The notes: generated by a model not told the origin, from the letters alone. Counted from the first letter of the stretch, positions 53,480-62,606 are shown. The stretch: 64,000 nucleotides of DNA from Thermoproteota archaeon (GCA_030550585.1 JAUQPB010000001.1:192001-256000); one strand, 5' to 3'. Made by a program: numbers and translations.

Positions 53480-54294
53480 TAGCGATGAGATACTACACCA
53501 CCCTCCACAACTTCATCCCCGAGAAAACCATACCTCTGATGAGGAACATAGCTATTGAGAGAACTGAACATATCCCTCATCGTGATGAAGGGAATATTGG
53601 AAACAGTAATCACGGTAATCCTCCCATTCCTATCACATCGAACAATAAATCTATCAGATAACTGACTCCAAGGAAAACGGAGAACCCCACTCTTATCGAT
53701 TTCGTAAAGCTTCATCCCGAGCTGATTACCAACAACCTGGAGTATGAGAACCCCACATACACTATAGTTCATGGACTGAAGAATATTTTCAAGAGATCTA
53801 ACTGTAACCCATCCATTCTTTAATGTCTTCAACCTCATCAACAACCTTTCGGGTATTGTTCCATTCTTACCCGTCAACCTTTTAAGATTCTCTACATCGT
53901 AAATATACGATATCTTATCAACATCTTTAGATTTTATAACAACCCTAGTATTCCCTCCACACTTCCTAACTACTATGAATTTCCTCTTTCTCATATCTCT
54001 ATGGAGATACTCTAGCAGATCCCTAGAAACAAGAACATCAATTATCCTGAAACCGCTAAGAACAATACCCGGATACCTATAGTAGACACCTCTCCCAGTC
54101 CTTATCTCCCGTCCAGAACCATACACCTCAAAATACACAAGATTGCGCAATTCTCTACTATAGCTTTCACCTAAATTACTAACAATAACATTACTAGTAC
54201 TAACACTTTTACTAAAACTTAAATTTCCACTACTAACACTAGTAATTCGGTTAGCAGAACTCTTAGCCCAGCCCTTTAACTTCCTCCTCCCCAA
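53479..54294 (-). CDS. basic hypothetical protein (candidate repeat-binding/replication protein)
   Basis: 271-aa Lys/Arg-rich ORF, TTG after GGAG. Its stop abuts the last repeat. Confidence 0.6.
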   Translation of the reverse strand: MGRRKLKGWAKSSANRITSVSSGNLSFSKSVSTSNVIVSNLGESYSRELRNLVYFEVYGSGREIRTGRGVYYRYPGIVLSGFRIIDVLVSRDLLEYLHRDMRKRKFIVVRKCGGNTRVVIKSKDVDKISYIYDVENLKRLTGKNGTIPERLLMRLKTLKNGWVTVRSLENILQSMNYSVCGVLILQVVGNQLGMKLYEIDKSGVLRFPWSQLSDRFIVRCDRNGRITVITVSNIPFITMRDMFSSLNSYVPHQRYGFLGDEVVEGGVVSHR

Positions 54295-54334
54295 CTCCTA
54301 AACCCCTCAGGTAAGAGCTAGGAGTATGAGATGG

Positions 54335-54535
54335 TTAGCCGTGTCTACCCTCAACTACTTGTATGTATATCCTTACCTTCAAGCCTCTGCGCTTTATTTC
54401 CTCCCAAACGGCGTTGAAGTCTCTCGGTAGGTAGATTATCCATCGGTCCCTACCTAGCTTCACTACCTCCCGAGCTGGAACGTATATGTCCCTTGGAAGT
54501 ATATGCAGGCGTGCTTCTTCAGCCATCGACTTCAC
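54335..54535 (-). CDS. small AbrB-like (swapped-hairpin) DNA-binding protein
   Basis: VVKLGRDRWIIYLPRD...KVRIYIQV pattern seen in crenarchaeal plasmid/virus regulators. Confidence 0.55.
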   Translation of the reverse strand: MKSMAEEARLHILPRDIYVPAREVVKLGRDRWIIYLPRDFNAVWEEIKRRGLKVRIYIQVVEGRHG

Positions 54536-54606
54536 CAGTGAATATATACTGTTAATTGATAATATGTATGTGGCTAACAGATCGACGATGACCCGGAGGA
54601 AGAACT

Positions 54607-55410
54607 ATGAGGTTGGCTAACGCTACCAGAAGTCTTATCCAAGTCATGGGGACCTCGGTAGTGGTGAGGAGAAGCAGACTCCGAAGGTACGCGAGGGAAG
54701 TCGGTAGGTCTGACTCCCTCCTTCGCCTAATACTACACAAGCTTGGGAAGAAGGGACTGGTCTACGTGCGCGGAGACCTCGTCGTTAACGTCCCCCTACT
54801 CATACTCCACTACTCTGTGGCACGTTATCTAAATCTCGGGAAAGAGGATGAAGCGGTAGCAGAGGTAGCCAAAAACCTGTTGGAGGTGGGTATAGATGAG
54901 GTAGTAGCAAAAGACCTGGTATTTAAAGTAGTTGTTCAGATGCTTCCTAAGTATAAGCAATTCGTCAATTCCATCTATCGGTACTATGAGTGCTGGCGCG
55001 AAATTGTAGATTCACTTAAAGAGAATGGAGAAATAGACCACGTGGTCAACCTCTTCCTAATATATCTAGGTTTCCTTATTTCTGAGTCGGTCTCTCTAAC
55101 CCGCATAGAGCTCCAAGGTGAAACACTCCTAAATGAAGAGTTCATCGGCACCAGACTCTTCCTACACTCCCTATCAAGGTACGTAAGAAGTAAGCACATT
55201 GAAGAGCTAAGTAAGGCAAAGGAGAAACTAGTTAAGGAAATAGAGAGGCTCAAAACAGATGAAGACAGACACACACGGTTTTACGCAACACTACTCCTCG
55301 AACACACACTCTCAACAGCTATGGACAAGATACTCCCAAAGCTCTACACCCCAATCACACTCATACTCTACAAAAAACAAGAACAACGTACGGGGCAAGA
55401 ACCCCAATGA
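54607..55410 (+). CDS. hypothetical protein with N-terminal wHTH-like region
   Basis: RRYAREVGRSDSLLRLILHKLGKKGLVYVRG. GGAGG upstream of the ATG. Confidence 0.6.
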   Translation: MRLANATRSLIQVMGTSVVVRRSRLRRYAREVGRSDSLLRLILHKLGKKGLVYVRGDLVVNVPLLILHYSVARYLNLGKEDEAVAEVAKNLLEVGIDEVVAKDLVFKVVVQMLPKYKQFVNSIYRYYECWREIVDSLKENGEIDHVVNLFLIYLGFLISESVSLTRIELQGETLLNEEFIGTRLFLHSLSRYVRSKHIEELSKAKEKLVKEIERLKTDEDRHTRFYATLLLEHTLSTAMDKILPKLYTPITLILYKKQEQRTGQEPQ

Positions 55411-55530
55411 TAGGTAGTGCGGTGGTGCCCCGACTCCTGCGGTCTGCGTTTGTTTGGGGATGGGTTCTCGTGATATCAGGGTTGATATGCTCCTGCTTTT
55501 AAACTGTCTCCCTATTATTTAGGTGGGTCT

Positions 55531-56799
55531 ATGTCTACTTCCGTAAGACAGCGTAGTTCGTTTGAGGAGGTAGTTGAGTTTAGTGTTGAGCGTCCAACTG
55601 TCTACGTTAAGCGGGGGTCTGGAGCTAAGGTAGCCGTTAACCTGTTTGGGGCCGGGGTCAAGGTCCTACTATCCTCTAGTTCGGACCCAGGGCTACACAC
55701 CGACATCAGACCTAGCGCTGGTGTCGTACCGCTCACCGCCTTAGTGACCGTACATGCGGGACCTACGGCAGAACTCGGAGTCCGTAGTGTGAGGATCTCA
55801 GCGCTAGATAGAGAGAGGAGGGTAGTGCTAGCTTCGGCCAGTCTCCAAGTGGTCGTGGTTGATGACAAGCTGTTAGACGTTGTTAAGAAAGTCGGTGAGT
55901 ATAGGTTGCTGTACAGAGAGAAAGGGACTCAGTACACTCTACTAAAGGTACTTTGGGACTGGAGAAATACGGTATTCACCTTCGCAGAGATCAAAGCGAT
56001 ATACGAAATGTTGGTGGCGAGAAGTCTATCCAAGGGAACAGTACACGAAGTTCTAAAGAGAATGCTTAGAAAGGGGCTAGTAATTCGCAGACCAGAGGGA
56101 TATGCATTCAATCCAAAGATCACTATGCACGAGGCGTTGAGAGCCATAGACATCAAGAGATCGTTAAACGGGAAGCGAGGAGCGATGAGTAGTCAGCAGA
56201 GGGAAGCCACTAACACAGTTGATGTGGATAGCCCGAAGACCCCTCACGAGGTTAGAGAGCTCATGGAGAGAGCTTCACAACTCGCTAAACAAGACTACTG
56301 GAAGGCTGTCGACCTAATCGCACATACATTGGTAGGGGCTCGGGAAACTGGGATCTGGTTCCTCTGGGTAAACGACCTCTTCATATACCGTGAGGAGAAG
56401 ACAGGGTTCTTCCACTACTTCAAGTCCCGCAGACTCTCGGAATTCCTAAAGGAGTTGGGGTTTGTGGAGGGACTCATGTTCAATCACACAAAACACTCTG
56501 CTAAAGACCTCATCCACGACCTCTATTGGTCGTACCCAAATGCTAGACGACTACACTACCTACTCAAGCAACATGGATGGTTTGAGTACCCAAACGACAT
56601 TCTCCTAATAGAGTTCTACTACGACTCGGGAAAAATCGCGTACATAGCGGTAAGAGAACTCAACAACGACACCGTACTATGGGGTTACGGCAACTCAGAG
56701 CACTCCGAGGAAGTAGAGAGGTTCCCAGTAATACCCGGCGAACACGTAGACAGAGAGAATGAGGAAACATACTTCTACAGACCGGCGGGGATATTCTAA
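55531..56799 (+). CDS. hypothetical protein: beta-rich N-terminal domain, wHTH, unknown C-terminal domain
   Basis: Alternating beta-strand pattern in residues ~12-110. FTFAEIKAIY...SKGTVHEVLKRMLRKGLV wHTH. Confidence 0.7.
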   Translation: MSTSVRQRSSFEEVVEFSVERPTVYVKRGSGAKVAVNLFGAGVKVLLSSSSDPGLHTDIRPSAGVVPLTALVTVHAGPTAELGVRSVRISALDRERRVVLASASLQVVVVDDKLLDVVKKVGEYRLLYREKGTQYTLLKVLWDWRNTVFTFAEIKAIYEMLVARSLSKGTVHEVLKRMLRKGLVIRRPEGYAFNPKITMHEALRAIDIKRSLNGKRGAMSSQQREATNTVDVDSPKTPHEVRELMERASQLAKQDYWKAVDLIAHTLVGARETGIWFLWVNDLFIYREEKTGFFHYFKSRRLSEFLKELGFVEGLMFNHTKHSAKDLIHDLYWSYPNARRLHYLLKQHGWFEYPNDILLIEFYYDSGKIAYIAVRELNNDTVLWGYGNSEHSEEVERFPVIPGEHVDRENEETYFYRPAGIF

Positions 56800-56910
56800 C
56801 AAAGACTCAGGTCTCCCCACTTCTATATGGAGAGCGAGTAGTTAGAGAAAACCTCTAAAAACAGTTCACTTCCCGAATAGACCTGCGAACAATCTTTAGT
56901 ACTCAAGTTT

Positions 56911-56930
56911 TTTATATTCTCTTAGAGAAT
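56911..56930 (+). promoter_or_regulatory. TATA box followed by palindromic operator candidate
   Basis: TTTATA at 56911 directly followed by ATTCTC-TTA-GAGAAT (56916-56930), upstream of the AbrB gene. Confidence 0.5.
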
Positions 56931-56954
56931 TCTGTAGTAGGTGCTATAGAGCTT

Positions 56955-57116
56955 ATGCCCGTTATGGCTCGCACCAGGATTGGTAGGTATTATAGGACGA
57001 CTATTCCCAGGGAGGTCCGCAAGCTACTGGAACTAAGGGAGAACGACGAGGTCGAGTGGGTCTTTGAGAACGGAGTAGTCTACGTTAGAAAAGCAGGGGG
57101 TGAACAACATGGTTAG
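56955..57116 (+). CDS. AbrB/MazE/SpoVT family DNA-binding protein (53 aa, below ORF-track cutoff)
   Basis: Own translation: MPVMARTRIGRYYRTTIPREVRKLLELRENDEVEWVFENGVVYVRKAGGEQHG. Confidence 0.85.
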   Translation: MPVMARTRIGRYYRTTIPREVRKLLELRENDEVEWVFENGVVYVRKAGGEQHG

Positions 57117-57312
57117 ATGTCCGTTCTGCGGATTTGAATCGAGCCTGGAGGATTTCAAGAAGCTAAGAGAACCCTGGAGATTCAGGTTCTACGAGGTTAA
57201 AATGCTGGAGTGTCCTAAGTGTAAAGGTGTGTTCAACTACTACGAGGGTTTTTCACCAAGAGGTAAGCGTTCCTCGTTCATGATTAAAATGAGACCGCGG
57301 GCTAGAGCATGA
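57109..57312 (+). CDS. small C4 Zn-finger protein
   Basis: CPFC...CPKC. Overlaps the AbrB stop and the methyltransferase start (ATGA). Confidence 0.78.
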   Translation: MVRCPFCGFESSLEDFKKLREPWRFRFYEVKMLECPKCKGVFNYYEGFSPRGKRSSFMIKMRPRARA

Positions 57313-60300
57313 GTAGTAGAATTCCTGTGCCTCAAATAGATATAGATGATGTAGTGAACTGCTTTAAGCAGAGTGTTAGAACAGCTAGAAATGAGGAGGA
57401 GGTTAGAGCAAGGGTTTCAGTAAGGTGCATTGAGGAGAAGATACTGAAGCCCCTGGGTATAACCCAGTACGGTCACTACGAATACACCCTTGTCTCGGGT
57501 GCTAGGGTAGACGCGCTGTACGGTCACGTGATAGTTGAGTACAAGGCTCCCGGTAAGCTCTCATCAGCATCCGACATAGCTAAAGCTAAGGAGCAAGTAA
57601 TTAGATACATCACTAAGGAGGCACCCAGTAAAGCTGAGTGGGATAGGTACCTGGGAGTCATAATAAGCGATAGAATAGCCTTCGTGAGGTACTATAAGCC
57701 CCAGGATACATGGATACTCAGAGGACCCTACGAGATCACCAGGGAAAGCGTTGTTAAGCTCATAGAGGCAATCAGAGGACTAAGGAGAAAAGCTCTCAAA
57801 GTAGACCCCCTACTCACCGACTTCGGTCCTCAGTCAGTAATAGCTAGAAGAGCCGTGAACACTCTCTATAGGAAGTTGCTGAACAGTAAAAACCCTAGAG
57901 CCAGGATGCTCTTCGAGGACTGGATGAGGCTCTTCAAGCAAGCAACTGGTTACGACCCCGAGAAACTCAAAGAGCTTCGTCAACTAGCCTCGGAGTACGG
58001 CATAGTAGGTAGTGTTAATTGCGATGCTCTGATATTCGCTATTCAAACGTACTACGCCTTCATAATGAAGCTACTAGCTGCAGAAGTCGTTTACCTATAC
58101 GGTGGTGGCAGGTTCTACAAATCCTACATCGCTGAGCTAGACGACAAGTACACAAGCGGTGGAGTTGAAGCCCTAAGGGGTGCCCTAGCAGAGCTCGAGA
58201 GCGGAGGTATCTTCAAGACCTTCGGTTACGAGAACTTCCTTGAGGGAGACTACTTCTCCTGGTACCTCGGTGAGCTGGATAAGGAGCTAGCCGACGTACT
58301 AGCTGAGATCGTCAGGAGGCTAGAAGACTACGAGCCTGCAACACCACAGCTGGAACCAGAGTACGCTAGAGACCTGCTGAAGAGGCTTTACCAAAACATT
58401 GTTCCCAGAGACATAAGACACAAGCTGGGAGAGTACTACACACCAGACTGGCTGGCGGACTTCCTCCTAGACGAGGCGGGACTCACACTCGAAAACCTGG
58501 AGAAAATGGGAGCTGAAGACCCGCTAAAACCATTTCAGATAAGGGTTCTCGACCCAGCCTGCGGGTCGGGGACCTTCCTCGTGAGGTACATTGCGAGGCT
58601 TAGAGCTTACGCTAGAGAGCACTACCTTGAGGATGTTCTCGTAGACTACTTGCTAAGCAACGTCGTAGGATACGACTTAAACCCTATAGCCGTGCTAACA
58701 GCTAGAACCAACTACTTGCTCATGATAGCTGACTTACCCAAGAGAGGGACAATAGAAATACCTGTGTACTTAGCCGACTCCCTCATGGTTGAGAGGAAGA
58801 CAACGCTCACCGGAAACGTCTACGTGCTCAAAACTGTTGTCGGAGAGTTCCAAGTACCCGTGAGGATCGTGGATAGTGGACTCCTACCGAGGATCCTATC
58901 GGAGGTAACCAGTACGCTGAAGAACAGGTACACACCCGATGACTTCAAGAATAGGATTAAGTACGTCTTCAAGGACATATCGAACAGCGAGCTAGAGGTA
59001 TTAACAGGGTTCTACGCTACCCTGCTAAAGCTCGAGGTAGAGGGGAAGAACGATGTCTGGGTTTCCATAATAAGAAACGCCTTCGCACCAATGCTCAAAG
59101 GCAAGTTCGACTACGTGGTGGGCAACCCACCGTGGGTGAACTGGGAAAACCTACCAGAAGAGTACAGAAAGATTAGCAAACTACTATGGTCTCAGTATGG
59201 GTTAATGGAGGCAAGAGGTAGAGGTTTAGGGAAGGTTAAAAGAGACTTAGCAATGCTGTTCCTAGCTAGGTGCTTTGACCTATACCTGAAGTCCGGTGGA
59301 AAACACGCTTTTCTAATGCCGTTCACAGTGTTCAAAACCCAAGCTGGTGCGGGATTCAGAAGGTTCCTAGCGACCAAAACAAGAGTGCATGTTGTACACG
59401 ACATGGTGTTAACAAAACCGTTTGAGGGAGCAGTGAACAGAACTTCAGCCATAGTTGTCGAAAAGATCTGCGAGCTAAAGGACATCAGCAATACAAAGAA
59501 ATGCCCTGACACGGTTAAACTGGTGGAGGAGAACAAGAAGATAAGGCACGTGGTATGGGTTAGCGAAAAACCCGTTCCAACCGATACGCCACTAGAAGAG
59601 GTCCTGAAAACCGTTGAGAGGTACAGAGCAGTAATGACGCCGTTAATGGAGAGAGATCCTTCGAGTCCCTGGATGCAGGTAACGGAAAGAGTGCTACCGC
59701 ACGTCAGGAAGCTAGTTGGCGAATCACAATACGAAGCACATGAGGGTGTGAATACGGCGTTAAACCAGGTTTACTTTGTAGAAATCAAGGAGAGACTACC
59801 CGATGGAAAGCTAGTGATAACGAATCCGCCAGAAGCTGGTCAAAAGAAGAGAATTAAGCAAGTAGAAGCCGTAGTTGAGCCAGACTACGTTTACCCGCTG
59901 ATCAGGGGACGGGATATAAAGAGGTGGTACGTGGACTTCAGGGACAGATACATCATTGTACCTCACGACCCAAAGACTGGAAAACCTCTACAGGAGCTGG
60001 TAGTAAAGACAGAATATCCACATACATACCAGTACTTCTCGATTTTCAGCAAGGAGCTAATGAACAGATCTATTCACAAGTTATGGGGCAAAGGAAACCC
60101 GTTCTACGCGGTATACGATATAGGTTCATACACTTTCGCTCCATACAAGGTCGTCTGGAAAGAAGTGTCGTCAAGGATGGGAGCTGGAGGATTCCATGTA
60201 GCGGTCATAGGGACTCTTAGTGGTAAATACCTGGGGGAAAAAGTAGTAGTGCCGGATCACACGGTTGTATTGGTACCGTTGAACGACGAGAAGGAGGCAC

Positions 60301-60974
60301 ACTACCTTAGTGCCATATTGAACTCCAGCATAGTAGCATTTGTTGGAACCTACATGCCTGTTAAGGGCTTAGAGAACCTGGCTATTCCCAAGTTCAACCC
60401 GAATAATCCTGTTCATGGAGAGCTCTACCAGCTCTCCATGAGAGCTCACAAGCTTGCCATGTGCGTTTACGCCGAAGTTGATCCTGATTATTGCGGAGAG
60501 TTCAGGAACCCGAAGGAGGAACTTGCACAAGTTGAGGAGCAGATAGATAGATTAGTTGCAGAGCTCTATGGTATGCCCGAGGACGCGCTACAGGACATCA
60601 GGAGGCTGTTAGCTATCTTAAAGGCTGAGGAGGCTCCAGAGGGAGATGAAGTAGAGGAAGAAGCATTGGAACCATCCATAGAGTTTCTCAAGACTGATGT
60701 AGCTGCTGGTCAAAGAGACTACGTAGAGTTCAACGTTGTAACTGTGGAGGAGTGTGATAAGGCGAGGATTACTCTGCAAGGCCCATGGGGCGTCAAAGAT
60801 CTCAGCTTAGGTGAGGGTAGACATAAACTAGAAGTAGTCCTTCCCGAGGGTGTCTACGAGGTTAAGTACACGTTTATCTGCGGAGAGCACAGTTACGAGG
60901 GCTCATTCAAGGTTACATCCTCTAAGTCTCTACCAACAGGTCCTAAGAGGCCTAGCACGCTGAAGCTCGGGTAG
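57309..60974 (+). CDS. Type IIG-like fused restriction endonuclease / N6-adenine DNA methyltransferase with extra C-terminal domain
   Basis: N-terminal PD-(D/E)XK (EE...RVDAL...IVEYK), GEYYTP, motif I VLDPACGSGTF, motif IV GNPPW, TaqI-like TRD region, then an acidic linker and a ~100-aa beta-rich tail. Confidence 0.9.
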   Translation: MSSRIPVPQIDIDDVVNCFKQSVRTARNEEEVRARVSVRCIEEKILKPLGITQYGHYEYTLVSGARVDALYGHVIVEYKAPGKLSSASDIAKAKEQVIRYITKEAPSKAEWDRYLGVIISDRIAFVRYYKPQDTWILRGPYEITRESVVKLIEAIRGLRRKALKVDPLLTDFGPQSVIARRAVNTLYRKLLNSKNPRARMLFEDWMRLFKQATGYDPEKLKELRQLASEYGIVGSVNCDALIFAIQTYYAFIMKLLAAEVVYLYGGGRFYKSYIAELDDKYTSGGVEALRGALAELESGGIFKTFGYENFLEGDYFSWYLGELDKELADVLAEIVRRLEDYEPATPQLEPEYARDLLKRLYQNIVPRDIRHKLGEYYTPDWLADFLLDEAGLTLENLEKMGAEDPLKPFQIRVLDPACGSGTFLVRYIARLRAYAREHYLEDVLVDYLLSNVVGYDLNPIAVLTARTNYLLMIADLPKRGTIEIPVYLADSLMVERKTTLTGNVYVLKTVVGEFQVPVRIVDSGLLPRILSEVTSTLKNRYTPDDFKNRIKYVFKDISNSELEVLTGFYATLLKLEVEGKNDVWVSIIRNAFAPMLKGKFDYVVGNPPWVNWENLPEEYRKISKLLWSQYGLMEARGRGLGKVKRDLAMLFLARCFDLYLKSGGKHAFLMPFTVFKTQAGAGFRRFLATKTRVHVVHDMVLTKPFEGAVNRTSAIVVEKICELKDISNTKKCPDTVKLVEENKKIRHVVWVSEKPVPTDTPLEEVLKTVERYRAVMTPLMERDPSSPWMQVTERVLPHVRKLVGESQYEAHEGVNTALNQVYFVEIKERLPDGKLVITNPPEAGQKKRIKQVEAVVEPDYVYPLIRGRDIKRWYVDFRDRYIIVPHDPKTGKPLQELVVKTEYPHTYQYFSIFSKELMNRSIHKLWGKGNPFYAVYDIGSYTFAPYKVVWKEVSSRMGAGGFHVAVIGTLSGKYLGEKVVVPDHTVVLVPLNDEKEAHYLSAILNSSIVAFVGTYMPVKGLENLAIPKFNPNNPVHGELYQLSMRAHKLAMCVYAEVDPDYCGEFRNPKEELAQVEEQIDRLVAELYGMPEDALQDIRRLLAILKAEEAPEGDEVEEEALEPSIEFLKTDVAAGQRDYVEFNVVTVEECDKARITLQGPWGVKDLSLGEGRHKLEVVLPEGVYEVKYTFICGEHSYEGSFKVTSSKSLPTGPKRPSTLKLG

Positions 60975-60978
60975 CCTT

Positions 60979-62412
60979 ATGAGCGACTTGTTCGCGAAGA
61001 TTAGGAGGGTTTTCGCGGAATACGCGGTCGACAAGAGCCTGCTTCAGGTAGCTGAAGTATCTAAGTTGCCCGGCTTCGTAGCAGAATACTTGATGACTGA
61101 GTTCTCCCAGATGTACCCAAGCGACTGGCAGGAGAGGCTGAGGGAGTTCATACGCCAGCACTACTTCGAGGCTAGCGAGAAGGAGTACGTAAAGCACCTA
61201 CTCGTCGAGAGGAGGAGGGTCTCACTAATCGATGAACTAGTGGTATGGGTAGACCTAGAGTCAGGTGAGCACAAGGGCATACTCCAGTCTATAGGGGAGC
61301 GTGACGTTAGGGTTCCAGCTGAGATAGCTAGGAGCTACCCAATGACCATGATCACGGGTATGTGGGGGCTGGTAGAGCTGGAGTACTCACCTGAGACTGC
61401 TAAGAGAGATTTAAACGGTAACTTGCTCGAGAACCCTGTAGTTGTTACGGATTTTAAACCTTTTCAAGCACCTGTCAGAGACCCTAAGTTACTTAGAGAC
61501 GCTAGGAGTTTCTTCACCTTTGATGAGTGGTTAGACGTGTTGATAAACACTATTGGTTACAACCATAATGTCTACCGAGATACGAGGAGGAAGCTGGTGC
61601 TGTTGTCCAGGCTCCTACCAATAGTCGAGGAGAACCTCCACCTAGCTGAGTTCGGTCCTAAGGCTACGGGTAAGACCTACGTTTTCAGGAACGTGAGTAG
61701 GTACTCCAGGATTATAGTCGGGGGCACGATATCTCCAGCAGCACTATTCTACAACCTTAGGACGGGTATGCCTGGTGAGCTTGCTGTGAGAGACTGTGTG
61801 GTGTTCGACGAGATATCTAAGGTCAGGTTTCCGAACCCGGACGAAGTCGTCGCTAAACTGAAGGACTTCATGGAGAGTAGTCAGTATGAGAGGGGGAAGC
61901 AGAGAGTAACCTCCGGTGCTTCAATAGTCATGCTAGGCAACGTCGAAGTCGAGGAGAGGGAGGGGACCTACATACCGGTAGAGGACCTAACTTACCTACT
62001 GCCCAAGCCCATGAGGGACTCAGCGTTGATCGACAGAATTAGTGGTGTTATACCTGGGTGGGAGCTGCCGAAGATAGGGCGGGCAAGGTACCATCTATCA
62101 CAGGGATACGGTATCGCGTTAGACTACTTCTCCGAGGTGCTACATGAGCTAAGGAAGGAGAGCCTCTTAGGTGAGGTAGGCAAGCACGTAGAGCTCTTCG
62201 GCAACGTGACGATTAGGGACGAGAGGGCCGTGAAGAAGATTGTAAGCGCCTTCACGAAGCTCCTCTTCCCAGACCTAGAGTTCGATAAGAGAGAGCTACA
62301 AGTAGTAGTCCAATACGCAGTAGAGCTGAGGCAGAGAGTTAGAGACTGGCTACACAAGCTATCACCGGGGGAGTTCCCTAGGGAAGCACTCTCCTTTAAG
62401 CTACGTGGATAA
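60979..62412 (+). CDS. brxL: BrxL-family AAA+ ATPase lacking the C-terminal Lon protease domain
   Basis: R..FT.DEW.D.L...IGY, L.RLLP.VE.N....E.GPKATGKT, A.LFYN, FDEI, LKDFMES, D.A..DRI...PGWE.PK, G...DY.SE, RD.RAV.K......KLLFP. The protein ends at 477 aa. Confidence 0.9.
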   Translation: MSDLFAKIRRVFAEYAVDKSLLQVAEVSKLPGFVAEYLMTEFSQMYPSDWQERLREFIRQHYFEASEKEYVKHLLVERRRVSLIDELVVWVDLESGEHKGILQSIGERDVRVPAEIARSYPMTMITGMWGLVELEYSPETAKRDLNGNLLENPVVVTDFKPFQAPVRDPKLLRDARSFFTFDEWLDVLINTIGYNHNVYRDTRRKLVLLSRLLPIVEENLHLAEFGPKATGKTYVFRNVSRYSRIIVGGTISPAALFYNLRTGMPGELAVRDCVVFDEISKVRFPNPDEVVAKLKDFMESSQYERGKQRVTSGASIVMLGNVEVEEREGTYIPVEDLTYLLPKPMRDSALIDRISGVIPGWELPKIGRARYHLSQGYGIALDYFSEVLHELRKESLLGEVGKHVELFGNVTIRDERAVKKIVSAFTKLLFPDLEFDKRELQVVVQYAVELRQRVRDWLHKLSPGEFPREALSFKLRG

Positions 62413-62498
62413 CCCTATCCCGCAGTCTTGATCGGTGGTGCGGATGAGAGTGAGAACGTTAAGAAGCTTTAAGATATCACGACTTAGAAAATAGATAA

Positions 62499-62522
62499 AG
62501 GGGTCGCTCCTCAACGATCCCC
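62499..62522. other. GC-rich hairpin downstream of the brxL-like gene
   Basis: GGGGTCG-CTCCTCAA-CGATCCCC. Confidence 0.35.
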
Positions 62523-62606
62523 ATCCCCTCCGTAGTTTACCCACTACACCATATTTTACTGAGTAAAGCCTATAAGCCTGCTAAGAGGGCGTAGCTTGGT
62601 GAAGCT

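Noticed and set aside
57309-62412. canonical BREX system
   Set aside because: No pglZ, brxC, brxA or brxB in the window. The methyltransferase has its own nuclease domain rather than looking like PglX.
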